Shown piece after piece: positions 9,813 through 18,444 of a stretch of DNA of 64,000 nt. The notes beneath the pieces are model-generated. The model had not been told where the DNA came from. It ran no database searches and was given only the letters and a program-made list of their open reading frames with translations. The stretch comes from Burkholderiales bacterium (GTDB taxonomy: Bacteria > Pseudomonadota > Gammaproteobacteria > Burkholderiales > SG8-41). How positions within the stretch are numbered: position 1 is the stretch's first letter; each line of letters opens with the position of its first letter. A program made the position numbers and the translations under genes. The stretch spans positions 12,316 through 76,315 of the forward strand of contig JAUXMZ010000027.1 in the NCBI GenBank assembly GCA_030683105.1, given 5' to 3'.

Positions 9813-9953
9813 GTGATTAAGTAATTAAGTAATTAAGTGATTAAGTGATTGGCCAATCTAACGTCGCGCTCTGAGCGAATTAATCACTGAATCACTGAAT
9901 CACTGAATCACTCAATCACTCAATCACTCAATCACCGTATCACCGGGTCACTC
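9813..9953. repeat. Inverted short-period array, 8-nt units (5 x GTGATTAA-type, 29-nt core, 9 x AATCACTG-type)
   Basis: Read directly. Left arm 9813-9852, core 9853-9881, right arm 9882-9953. The arms are reverse complements. Confidence 0.9.
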
Positions 9954-9974
9954 GACCCTCCAGGAGTTAAAAAA

Positions 9975-11198
9975 ATGGCAGGACCACTATCCCATATCCG
10001 CGTTCTTGATCTGTCACGAGTGCTGGCTGCGCCATGGGCCGGCCAGAACCTCGCCGACCTCGGCGCCGAGGTCATTAAGGTCGAGCGTCCCAAGCACGGT
10101 GATGATTCGCGCGCTTTCGGCCCGCCCTGGCTTAAGAGCCCGGACGGGAAGGACACCGGGGAATCCGCATATTTTGCCGCCGCCAACCGCGGCAAAAAAT
10201 CGATCACGGTCAATATGTCCAAACCGGAAGGGCAGAAAATCATTCTCGATCTTGCCCGGCAGTGCGACGTATTACTCGAGAATTACAAGTTCGGCGATCT
10301 TGCGCGCTACGGCCTGGGCTACGAAGACATCAAAAAAATTAATCCGCGCCTGATCTATTGCTCGGTCACCGGCTTTGGCCAGACCGGACCTTACCGTGAG
10401 CGCCCCGGTTACGATTTCATGATCCAGGGCATGGGCGGGTTGATGAGCATCACCGGAGAGCGTGACGATCTGCCCGGGGGCGGGCCGCAGCGCGTGGGCG
10501 TGCCCATAGTCGATATCATGACCGGCATGTATGCCAGCATCGCGGTGTGTGCGGCGATCGCGCATCGCGCCGAAAGCGGCGTCGGCCAGCATCTCGATCT
10601 TGCGCTGCTGGACACCCAGGTGGCGTTTCTGGCCAACCAGGCGATGAACTATCTTGCCACCGGCGATGTGCCAGGACGGCTGGGCAACGCTCACCCCAAC
10701 ATCGTGCCGTATCAGACATTCAAGACCAGCGATGGCGATATCATCCTCGCCTGCGGCAACGATAATCTGTTTAACAAGTTCTGCGGGCTGGCCGGATGTC
10801 AGGATCTGGCGCAGGACCCGCGCTTCGCGACCAATGGCAATCGCGTCGAGAATCGCGTGGCGCTGACGCCGCTGCTCGAGGCGGTGTTCAGGACACGAAC
10901 CACGCGCGAGTGGGTGGATGCGCTCGAGGCGGCTGGCGTGCCCAACGGCCCGATCAACGACCTCAAGCAGGTATTCGAAGAACCGCAGGTCATTGCGCGC
11001 GGTATGAAAATCGAACTCGATCACCCAACGGCGGGCAAAGTGCCGCTGGTGGCAAGCCCGATGCGATTTTCCGCAACGCCGGTCGATTACCTGAATCCGC
11101 CGCCCACCCTGGGCCAGCATACCGAGGAAACGCTGCGCACCATGCTCAACATGAGCCCGGCCGACATCGAGCGCTTGCGCGAAGGCGGCATCGTCTAG
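9975..11198 (+). CDS. CaiB/BaiF family (class III) CoA-transferase
   Basis: 407 aa. N-terminal RVLDLSRVLAAPWAGQNLADLGAEVIKVE is the family hallmark. Confidence 0.85.
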   Translation: MAGPLSHIRVLDLSRVLAAPWAGQNLADLGAEVIKVERPKHGDDSRAFGPPWLKSPDGKDTGESAYFAAANRGKKSITVNMSKPEGQKIILDLARQCDVLLENYKFGDLARYGLGYEDIKKINPRLIYCSVTGFGQTGPYRERPGYDFMIQGMGGLMSITGERDDLPGGGPQRVGVPIVDIMTGMYASIAVCAAIAHRAESGVGQHLDLALLDTQVAFLANQAMNYLATGDVPGRLGNAHPNIVPYQTFKTSDGDIILACGNDNLFNKFCGLAGCQDLAQDPRFATNGNRVENRVALTPLLEAVFRTRTTREWVDALEAAGVPNGPINDLKQVFEEPQVIARGMKIELDHPTAGKVPLVASPMRFSATPVDYLNPPPTLGQHTEETLRTMLNMSPADIERLREGGIV

Positions 11199-11992
11199 AA
11201 AAACCGCAGCAACATGCTGGTGGCCAGCACAAAAAGAATAACGGCGAATATCCTTTTCAACATTCGTCCCGGCGTGCGGTGGGCGATGCGCGCCCCGATT
11301 GGCGCCATGATGATGCTCGAGAGCACGATAACGGCCAGCGCGGGCAGGTAAACATAGCCGATGCTGTAGTCCGGCAGATGTTCCACCCTAAGACCTGACA
11401 GCACGTAGCCGGCGCCGCCGGCCACGGCCAGAGGCCAGCCTACGGCCGCTGCGGTGCCTATGGCCTCATGTATGCGTATGCCGCGCTTGATGAGAAAGGC
11501 GACGACCAGCGCCGCGCCGCCGGTGGCGGTCAGGCTGGAAATCAGGCCGATGCCCGCCGCGACCAGCGACACGATGCTTGTGCCGGGAAACTCGAGGATG
11601 GGCCCCGGCTTGCGTTCCTTCAGCATCTGCGCGCTCAGGTAGTAGATCAGCACGGTGAATATCACGCTGAGCAGGCGCAGGTCCATAAATCCGGCAAGTA
11701 GTGCCCCGCCAAACGTGCCGATGAATATTCCAGGCGCCACCCTCAGGACGATGCGCCAGTTCACCGCCTGGTGGCGATGGTGACTCAACACGCTCGCCAT
11801 GGAGGTGAAGACGATAGTGGTGATGGCGGTGCCCAGCGCGAGGTGCACCACATGGTCGGGGGCAAACTGCTTGGCGGCGAAAATGAAGGCCAGCACCGGC
11901 ACCATGGCTGCGCCGCCGCCTATGCCCAGCAACCCGGAGAAAAACCCGACGAATCCGCCCAGCAGCAGGTACGCCCACCACCATTCAATCAC
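11195..11992 (-). CDS. TauE/SafE (TSUP) family sulfite/anion exporter
   Basis: 265 aa, ~8 TM segments, duplicated GGG-rich helices (GLLGIGGGAAMVP). Confidence 0.8.
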   Translation of the reverse strand: MIEWWWAYLLLGGFVGFFSGLLGIGGGAAMVPVLAFIFAAKQFAPDHVVHLALGTAITTIVFTSMASVLSHHRHQAVNWRIVLRVAPGIFIGTFGGALLAGFMDLRLLSVIFTVLIYYLSAQMLKERKPGPILEFPGTSIVSLVAAGIGLISSLTATGGAALVVAFLIKRGIRIHEAIGTAAAVGWPLAVAGGAGYVLSGLRVEHLPDYSIGYVYLPALAVIVLSSIIMAPIGARIAHRTPGRMLKRIFAVILFVLATSMLLRFF

Positions 11993-12327
11993 CCTGCGCC
12001 GCCTTCCTGTTTGTTGCGCAGTGCCTCGTCGTTATAGGCACCGTCGATGGCATGCACCCAGCGCTCCACCAGCCGGAAATCTTCGACGGGCGCATCATCT
12101 TTCATGCATACGAGGCGTATGGGCCCCAGCGCGGTGATGGCCTGGGAGCGGGAGATCGCTGCCTCCGTGCCGGGCAGTCCGGCGCCCAGGGCGGCGATGA
12201 TGTTGCCCGCCAGCCCATGAGGATGCGTCCCGCCGCGTGCCTTGTCCAGTGTGACGGCGGCATCGCCATCCAGGACCAGCCCGGGCATCTGCTGTTCAAG
12301 CGCGCGCAATAAATCAGCAAGCGTCAT
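11989..12327 (-). CDS. Hypothetical protein (~112 aa)
   Basis: Start taken at MTLADLLRALEQQ. Its stop overlaps the TauE ATG (ATGA), suggesting co-translation. No family recognised. Confidence 0.4.
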   Translation of the reverse strand: MTLADLLRALEQQMPGLVLDGDAAVTLDKARGGTHPHGLAGNIIAALGAGLPGTEAAISRSQAITALGPIRLVCMKDDAPVEDFRLVERWVHAIDGAYNDEALRNKQEGGAG

Positions 12328-12358
12328 GATGACCGGGCCGGACTGCGGCAACCATTGC

Positions 12359-12808
12359 TCAAAATAAGCCCGCGATGAATTCCCACTCCGCAGGATCCAC
12401 CGGGGTGATGGAAAGACGGTTGCCGCGCGCGAGGATGCGCATGCTCTTGAGGGGCTTGTGGCGGCGCAATTCGGCAAGGCTGACGAGGCGCGTTTTCTTG
12501 ACGAATTTCACATCAACATTGAGCCAGCGTGGATTGTCTGCGCTGGATTTGGGGTCGAAGTACTTGCTCTTATTGTCAAACTGCGTGGCGTCAGGATAGG
12601 CGCGCTTGCACACTTCGGCCATGCCGACTATGCCCGGATCGTCGCAGTTGGAGTGATAGTAGAACACGCGGTCGCCAATGCTCATCTGATCACGCATGAA
12701 GTTGCGGGCCTGGTAATTGCGCACGCCGGTCCAGGCGGTAGCCCGATCCTTTGCCAGATTGTCGATGCTGTAGGCATCGGGTTCCGATTTGATTAACCAG
12801 TAGCGCAT
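12359..12808 (-). CDS. EVE (PUA-like) domain protein
   Basis: MRYWLIKSEPDAYSIDNL...VRNYQARNFMRD...FYHS is the canonical EVE/DUF55 pattern. Confidence 0.8.
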   Translation of the reverse strand: MRYWLIKSEPDAYSIDNLAKDRATAWTGVRNYQARNFMRDQMSIGDRVFYYHSNCDDPGIVGMAEVCKRAYPDATQFDNKSKYFDPKSSADNPRWLNVDVKFVKKTRLVSLAELRRHKPLKSMRILARGNRLSITPVDPAEWEFIAGLF

Positions 12809-12814
12809 AAATCG

Positions 12815-12842
12815 GTGAAGGGTAAATCGTAAATGGTGAACA
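12815..12842. repeat. Single-arm heptamer array (GTGAAGG GTAAATC GTAAATG GTGAACA)
   Basis: Read directly. Nearly identical to part of the array at 46816-46839. Confidence 0.7.
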
Positions 12843-12849
12843 CTGACGC

Positions 12850-12877
12850 AAAAAAAATGCGGCTTGGCCGCATTTTT
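12850..12877 (-). terminator. Rho-independent terminator downstream of 6S RNA (bidirectional shape)
   Basis: ATGCGGC-ttg-GCCGCAT stem flanked by A8 on one side and T5 on the other. On the minus strand the hairpin is followed by U8. Confidence 0.65.
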
Positions 12878-12879
12878 GA

Positions 12880-13057
12880 ATTGATCCCCCGCCTGTGCCG
12901 TCAGACTCGTATCTTGAACCTAGGGTTCAAGGTGGTCACCTTTCGAGCCCATCAGGCGCTTCCCTAGGGACGCGCACACCGGCGCTTACTGAATCGGCAA
13001 CCAGACAGATACTATTGGTTCAAAGAGTTTAAAGCCTTAACAAACACCGCAGGGGAA
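12880..13057 (-). ncRNA. ssrS: 6S RNA
   Basis: Lies immediately downstream of zapA, as in E. coli. The minus strand contains CACCUUGAACCCUAGGUUCAAGAUAC (compare E. coli CACCUUGAACCAAGGGUUCAAGGGUUAC). The 5' UCCCCUGCGG and 3' GGCGGGGGA ends can close the rod. Ends are approximate. Confidence 0.75.
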
Positions 13058-13059
13058 AC

Positions 13060-13371
13060 TTAGAACAGTTCGCTCTGATCGGATATGGCCTGATCGAGCA
13101 CTGTCTCCATGGAATTGATTCTACGCTTTATCTCTGCGATGTCAAAACCGCCGCCGACTTTTGTCGATAGAAATTCGTGCGCAATGTTCAGCGCTGCCAT
13201 GATGGCAATGCGTTCGAGCCCGATCAGTTTTCCGTGATCCTTGATCTCATGCATTTTTTGGTTCAGATAATCTACTGCATCGAGCAGGCCCTTCTGTTCA
13301 GGCTCCGGGCAGGCGACGCGAAATTCGCGCCCCATGATATTGATCTGCAAGCCTTTGGGATCAGCGCTCAT
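13060..13371 (-). CDS. zapA: Cell division protein ZapA
   Basis: 103 aa. INIMGREFRVACPEPEQKGLLDAVDYLNQKM...ERIAIMAALNIAHEF is typical ZapA. Confidence 0.85.
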   Translation of the reverse strand: MSADPKGLQINIMGREFRVACPEPEQKGLLDAVDYLNQKMHEIKDHGKLIGLERIAIMAALNIAHEFLSTKVGGGFDIAEIKRRINSMETVLDQAISDQSELF

Positions 13372-13568
13372 GCGTTTTCTTCGGGAATCTGATGCAGCAG
13401 GTTTTCCAGGCGGGTGGTTGCATTGTTGATTTTTTCTTCGAGCAGCCTGTTTTCGTTGAGCGCGGAAGCGAGCTTCTGGCGCAGTTGCTGATTATCGCTG
13501 CGCAGGCGCTGGGACAATTCCACGAACTGATTTACTTTTTCTTCGAGCGATTTGAGTTCGGCTTCCAT
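13368..13568 (-). CDS. Small coiled-coil protein (ZapB-like / TIGR02449-type) upstream of zapA
   Basis: 66 aa, heptad-rich (LEEKVNQFVELSQRLRSDNQQLRQKL). Its stop overlaps the zapA start. Confidence 0.6.
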   Translation of the reverse strand: MEAELKSLEEKVNQFVELSQRLRSDNQQLRQKLASALNENRLLEEKINNATTRLENLLHQIPEENA

Positions 13569-13987
13569 GCGCGCACTATAGTTGGAAAAATCCTGTTAAG
13601 TCAACTGCTAACGAGAATTCTTGAATGTGATTTGATAGATTTGAGCGGTCAGTCATATGGCATATCAGTCAAGCCGGTAACACGCCCTCCGGGCTTCAAA
13701 TTATGGTCAAGTTGTAGTGATGCGGGAAATGCCGGGCAACCCCAATCCAGCTCAATGTCTGCGCTGCCAGCGGTGAGCACATAATTAAAATCATTTATAT
13801 TCAATAGAATAGCCATCTCTGGCTTGGCCTAATACGATGGACTGCCGGTGTGGGCCGCATTTGTCCGAAAACGGACAGGATCTGGTGTTTCGGGGCGAAG
13901 ATTCGGGTATTGGGCGCGCGTCAGGTAGAATTCACGATGTTTCAGCGCGTCCTTGAGTCCGAAGTGGGCGCTAACTGAAATGCGGTT

Positions 13988-14175
13988 TCAGGTGCCCGCG
14001 CCAAGTTCTATTGGCCGGGGTAAACGGGAAACAGGTAAGACAGCAGGATTCAGGATTCAGGATTCAGGAATCGGGAATTCCGCAGCTAAGCCTGTGCTGC
14101 CCCCGCAACGGTAAGCGAGCGTGGGCGCGCCATCAAGCCACTGGGTGTTTTCACCCGGGAAGGCGGCGCGTCATG
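13988..14175 (+). promoter_or_regulatory. Cobalamin (B12) riboswitch
   Basis: Conserved blocks GGTGCC...AAACGGGAAACAGGT...GCTGCCCCCGCAACGGTAA...B12 box AGCCACTGG...GGGAAGGC. Candidate P1 is CGCGCC (13996-14001) with GGCGCG (14164-14169). It lies upstream of a TonB-dependent receptor. Confidence 0.8.
14044..14079. repeat. Tandem heptamers (CAGGATT x3, CAGGAAT, CGGGAATT) inside the riboswitch variable region
   Basis: Read directly. The complement AATCCTG is one base short of the AATCACTG unit seen elsewhere. Confidence 0.85.
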
Positions 14176-14334
14176 TTCTCGCGAGCCCGTATACCGGCCT
14201 GAACCGAAAAGTGGTGGAAATGCTGCGGGGAGGCGGCGGTCCCGGTTTCGGTCGGTTCTCGTTCTTCCTTCCTTGGTGTTTCCTCGTTCGATTAATGCAC
14301 ATGCGGTGGGCATGTCTGACCAAAGGAAAACATC

Positions 14335-16290
14335 TTGAAACTCAGGAAGGAAATAATTGCCGTGCTGTCGGCCGCGGCGTGCACTGTATTTGCCGATGAC
14401 AAACCAATTCCCCAAACCGAACCAGTCATTGTTACAGCGACACGCTTCGAGCAGAAGCGTGATGAGTTTCCGATCGGCATCAGCGTGATTCCGCGCGAAG
14501 CCATTGATCGTAGCACCGCCACGAACGTAATCGAAATACTTTCTCATCAGGCCGGTATTCAGGTTCGCGACAGCACTGGCGGTCCGGACTGGCAGATCGA
14601 TATGCGCGGCTTCGGTCAGACCGGCGACCTTAACACGACAGTGCTGATAGACGGCCAGCGATTCAACGATATCGATACCAGCACCATCAAATGGTCCTCG
14701 ATCCCGCTCTCGGCGGTAGAGCGCATCGAGATCCTGCCGGGCAGCGGTGCGGTACTTTATGGAAGTGGAGCAACCGGCGGCGTGATTAACATCATCACCC
14801 GACGACCGCGTGCCGGGGAAAGGACCGCTGAAGTATTCATCGGTGCCGGGGGCTATCAGACCACTGATTTGCAAGGCGCGCTGACGCTTGCCAGCGAGAC
14901 AGTCGGCATGAGGGTGAATGCTGCGGAGTACCGTTCGGACAATTATCGGGATAACAATCGCCTCAAGCAGCGCAATCTGCTCGCGGATTTTCGGACGCTA
15001 TCTCAGGAGGGAAACGTCTATGCAAAGATCGGTATCGATCAGCAGAACCTGCGCAATCCGGGGCAGCGGACCCTCGAGGAGGTCGCGATTGATCGGCGCG
15101 GCACAGCTACTCCCCTAGACTTCAGCTCGCGCGATGGCGCGCGCATCGATGTGGGAGGAAGTGCCAAAATAGGGACGGTCGATCTCGCCGCGAATCTGGC
15201 CTATCGCACCCAAGAAACGAAAGCTTTTTTCAGCGCCTTTTCCTCCGAAATCAATAACGATACCAATAATGTTGCGTTTTCGCCCCGGATCAAGCTCCCC
15301 CATCAGTTGGGTGAACTGAAGCACATTCTGGTTGGTGGCATCGACATCGAAGAGGGCAACCTGGATCGCAACGTTACCGGCACATTCTTCGCCGGGCGCA
15401 GCAAGGCGCGACAGCAAAAGCAGGGAATATATCTGCAGAACAACGCCACATTGAACGATCGTCTTCTCCTGACTCTGGGTGCTCGTGTACAACGCGCGGA
15501 AACGGTCCTCAATGATCCGGCTACTTCGCCTGCGCCCCTTGAAAAGAAGCATGCCGTGAACGCCTCGGAGGCCGTGCTGCGCTATCGCGTTACTCCGGCG
15601 TTGGCTGCATACGGGAAGGTTGGCCGCAGTTTCCGGTTTCCAAGCGTGGAGGAACTCAATTTCACCGGGCCGGCGATTCTTGAGCCTCAGACATCACGTG
15701 ACCAGGAAATCGGCGTCGAGTATCAAGCGGTGGCTGCGCGCGTGCGCGCTTCACTGTACCGCATGGACTTGGAGAACGAGATCGCATTCAATCCTATTCT
15801 GTTCGACAATATCAACCTTGCGCCGACGCGCCGCGAGGGCCTGGAGATTGAGTCCCATCTGCGCGTGGGCGAAAGGGCGGAGTTGTTTGCAAATTATGCG
15901 CACGTCAGGGCGCGTTTCCGCAGTGGCGTCTACTCCGCTGTCGATGTGTCAGGAAACGATGTGCCTTTGGTGCCGCGCAATACCCTTACCGTTGGCGGAT
16001 CATGGCAGGCGGGAATTAAAGCCCGGATTGCGGCAACCCTCCATTATGTCGGCGAGCAGAGAATGCTGAACGATGAAGCCAATACACTTGCAGTAAAAAT
16101 TCCCGCTTATGCCGTATTTGATCTCAAATATGCTCGCGAGATTGGCGGCTGGAAATTGGCGGCTGGGGTAAAAAACCTGCTGGATAAAAAGTATTACACT
16201 CAGGGGGGTGTTAACTTTCTGGGTGTAGTTAGGGTATTTCCTGCGCCGGAGCGAACGGTGTTTGTTTCAGCCCAATACACATTCAGATAG
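14335..16290 (+). CDS. btuB: TonB-dependent outer-membrane receptor, probably for cobalamin/corrinoid
   Basis: TTG start after AAGGAAA, signal peptide, TonB box EPVIVTATR, plug plus 22-strand barrel length, aromatic C-terminus. B12 riboswitch upstream. Confidence 0.8.
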   Translation: MKLRKEIIAVLSAAACTVFADDKPIPQTEPVIVTATRFEQKRDEFPIGISVIPREAIDRSTATNVIEILSHQAGIQVRDSTGGPDWQIDMRGFGQTGDLNTTVLIDGQRFNDIDTSTIKWSSIPLSAVERIEILPGSGAVLYGSGATGGVINIITRRPRAGERTAEVFIGAGGYQTTDLQGALTLASETVGMRVNAAEYRSDNYRDNNRLKQRNLLADFRTLSQEGNVYAKIGIDQQNLRNPGQRTLEEVAIDRRGTATPLDFSSRDGARIDVGGSAKIGTVDLAANLAYRTQETKAFFSAFSSEINNDTNNVAFSPRIKLPHQLGELKHILVGGIDIEEGNLDRNVTGTFFAGRSKARQQKQGIYLQNNATLNDRLLLTLGARVQRAETVLNDPATSPAPLEKKHAVNASEAVLRYRVTPALAAYGKVGRSFRFPSVEELNFTGPAILEPQTSRDQEIGVEYQAVAARVRASLYRMDLENEIAFNPILFDNINLAPTRREGLEIESHLRVGERAELFANYAHVRARFRSGVYSAVDVSGNDVPLVPRNTLTVGGSWQAGIKARIAATLHYVGEQRMLNDEANTLAVKIPAYAVFDLKYAREIGGWKLAAGVKNLLDKKYYTQGGVNFLGVVRVFPAPERTVFVSAQYTFR

Positions 16291-16343
16291 GGAGTAGTAC
16301 ACCCCGTGGATTACAGAGCAATAAAGAGCGTATCGTGAAGATT

Positions 16344-16372
16344 AAAAGCCGCGCTGATAGCGCGGCTTTTTT
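16344..16372 (+). terminator. Rho-independent terminator of the receptor gene
   Basis: AAAAGCCGCGC-tgata-GCGCGGCTTTT followed by further T residues. Confidence 0.7.
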
Positions 16373-16411
16373 CATTTTTATCAAAAGTTTGCTATTGTTC
16401 TCCTCTTGATT

Positions 16412-16680
16412 GGAACCTATCTTAACCATATCCACGTGTGCGACGGAGGCGATTTGGGTGCAGTTCTAGAAGCAGGGCCCGCAGCAATATCGCGAATATT
16501 GCAAGGGCTCGCGACGACGAAATGCGCCCAAATCGTCCCGTCCCTTCGGGTTGCGACCAAAACAGGCGTCTGCGTTGTTGCCCGGCTTGACCATATTCGC
16601 GATATGGCCTGCGCCGTGCGCCTAGCAGCCATCCCGTTTTGGCCGCAACGCATCACGTGGATATGGTTAAGATAGGTTCC
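16412..16680. mobile_element. 269-bp palindromic, MITE-like element with perfect 27-bp terminal inverted repeats
   Basis: GGAACCTATCTTAACCATATCCACGTG at 16412-16438 and its exact reverse complement at 16654-16680. Inner 13-bp inverted repeat ATATCGCGAATAT (16487-16499) / ATATTCGCGATAT (16583-16595). No obvious target-site duplication. Confidence 0.5.
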
Positions 16681-16683
16681 CGC

Positions 16684-18444
16684 ATGACCAGTACCGAGCT
16701 TTATCTGCGCCTGCTGAAATACGTCGCGCCCTACCGGCGGGTATTCGCGCTGGCGCTCGCCGCCATGATGGTCGTGGCCGCGACCGAACCCGCGTTGCCG
16801 GCGATCTTCAAACCCCTGATCGACGGTACTTTCGTCGACAAAGACGTGACCATCATGCGCTGGATGCCGTTCGCCATCATCGGGCTGTTTGTCGTGCGCG
16901 GGCTGGCGGAGTATGTGGCCAATTACTCGATCACGTGGGTGGGGAACAAAGTGGTGATGGATTTGCGCAACGCCATGTTCGACAAGTTGCTGCAACTGCC
17001 CACCCGGTATTTCGACAATCACCCGACCGGCAATCTGATCTCCAAGCTGACATTCGACGTCGCGCAGGTGACGGCCGCCGCTACCAGCGTGCTCACGGTG
17101 ATATTCAAGGACACGCTGTCCATCATCGGCCTGCTGGCATGGATGCTGTGGCTCAACTGGAAGCTGACGCTGCTGGCGCTGGTGATGGCGCCGATCATCG
17201 TCGGCGTGGTGCGTCTGATCAGCGTCAGGCTGCGGCGCACCAGCCGCGACACGCAGCAGGCCATGGGTGACATTACCCAGGTGCTGGGAGAAGCGATCGA
17301 CGGTCACAAGGTGGTCAAGCTGTTTGGGGGGCAGCAGTACGAGGCTGGCCGTTTCGACGCACAGGTCAATCGCATGCGCCGCTTCATGATGAAGCAGACG
17401 GCCGCCTCCGCCGCGAGTGTTCCCATCGTGCAGTTCGTGGCCGCGCTGGCGCTTGCCGGCATCATTTATTTCGCCACGCAGCAGTCGCACGCCGATGAAA
17501 TCACCATAGGCGGGTTCATTTCATTTGTCACCGCGATGCTGATGCTGACCGCGCCGCTCAAGCGCATCACCAGCGTCAATGAGCCGCTGCAAAGAGGCCT
17601 GGCTGCCGCAGAAAGCGTGTTCGGGTTGATTGACCAGCCGGGCGAGCCGGATCCGGGAACCGTCATGCTCACCCGGGCGCGCGGCGAGATTCGTTTCGAT
17701 AATGTGAGTTTTTTCTATGCCGATGCGGAACGAACGGCACTTGACCAGATCAATCTTGTCATCGCGCCGGGCGAGACCGTGGCGCTGGTCGGTGCATCGG
17801 GCAGCGGCAAAACCACGCTAGCCAACATGGTGCCGCGCTTTTATCACCCGACACTCGGGCGCATCACGCTCGATGGACACGATCTCGCCAGCCTGAAGCT
17901 TGCAAGCCTGCGCGCCAACATTGCGCTGGTCAGCCAGGATGTGGTGCTGTTCAACGATACCGTGGCGGCCAACATCGCGTATGGCGCGATGAAAGACACG
18001 GCCGAGGCCGAGATTGCGGCGGCGGCAGAGGCGGCACATGCCATGGAGTTCATCCGCCTGCTGCCGCAGGGATTGCAGACGCTGGTAGGCGAAAACGGCG
18101 CTAAGCTTTCCGGCGGCCAGCGCCAGCGGCTTGCCATCGCGCGCGCGCTGCTCAAAAATGCGCCGGTGCTGATCCTCGATGAAGCGACCTCGGCGCTGGA
18201 TTCCGAGTCGGAGCGCCATGTGCAGGCCGCGCTCGAAGTGCTGATGCAGGGGCGCACCACCCTGGTGATCGCCCACCGGTTGTCGACCATTGAAAAAGCC
18301 AGCCGCATCGCCGTGCTCGACAAAGGCCGCATCGCGGAAATCGGCAGCCACCGCGAGTTGCTCGAACGCAGCGGCATCTACGCCAGGCTCTATCGCATCC
18401 AGTTTGAATCCAGTGCGCAGCCTGTCGCGTCTAGCCCGTCCTAA
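16684..18444 (+). CDS. msbA: Lipid A export ATP-binding/permease protein MsbA
   Basis: ATG 16684. Six-TM domain plus an NBD with GASGSGKTT, LSGGQRQRLAIARAL and ILILDEATSALD. Sits at the edge of an LPS cluster. Confidence 0.9.
   Translation: MTSTELYLRLLKYVAPYRRVFALALAAMMVVAATEPALPAIFKPLIDGTFVDKDVTIMRWMPFAIIGLFVVRGLAEYVANYSITWVGNKVVMDLRNAMFDKLLQLPTRYFDNHPTGNLISKLTFDVAQVTAAATSVLTVIFKDTLSIIGLLAWMLWLNWKLTLLALVMAPIIVGVVRLISVRLRRTSRDTQQAMGDITQVLGEAIDGHKVVKLFGGQQYEAGRFDAQVNRMRRFMMKQTAASAASVPIVQFVAALALAGIIYFATQQSHADEITIGGFISFVTAMLMLTAPLKRITSVNEPLQRGLAAAESVFGLIDQPGEPDPGTVMLTRARGEIRFDNVSFFYADAERTALDQINLVIAPGETVALVGASGSGKTTLANMVPRFYHPTLGRITLDGHDLASLKLASLRANIALVSQDVVLFNDTVAANIAYGAMKDTAEAEIAAAAEAAHAMEFIRLLPQGLQTLVGENGAKLSGGQRQRLAIARALLKNAPVLILDEATSALDSESERHVQAALEVLMQGRTTLVIAHRLSTIEKASRIAVLDKGRIAEIGSHRELLERSGIYARLYRIQFESSAQPVASSPS

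Noticed and set aside
9866-9881. The shared core motif (GCGCTCTGAGCGAATT) resembles the GSLSELE-coding segment of the four-helix-bundle genes (GGCTCTCTCAGCGAATTGG)
   Set aside because: At 58149-58163 the motif runs opposite to the putative 5' gene fragment in the same core, so the two remnant interpretations conflict. The match is short and needs an indel. I report it only as a shared core motif.
13569-13987. 420-bp gap between the zapB-like gene and the riboswitch, considered as a possible sRNA or small gene
   Set aside because: I saw only short hairpins (for example GTCCGAAAACGGAC) and an AT-rich promoter-like stretch. There is no conserved-looking structure or plausible ORF I can support without comparative data.
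16406-16675. 89-aa ORF inside the palindromic element, considered as a possible transposase or small protein
   Set aside because: It has a TTG start with no Shine-Dalgarno, spans both terminal repeats and has no recognisable motif. It is far too small for a transposase.
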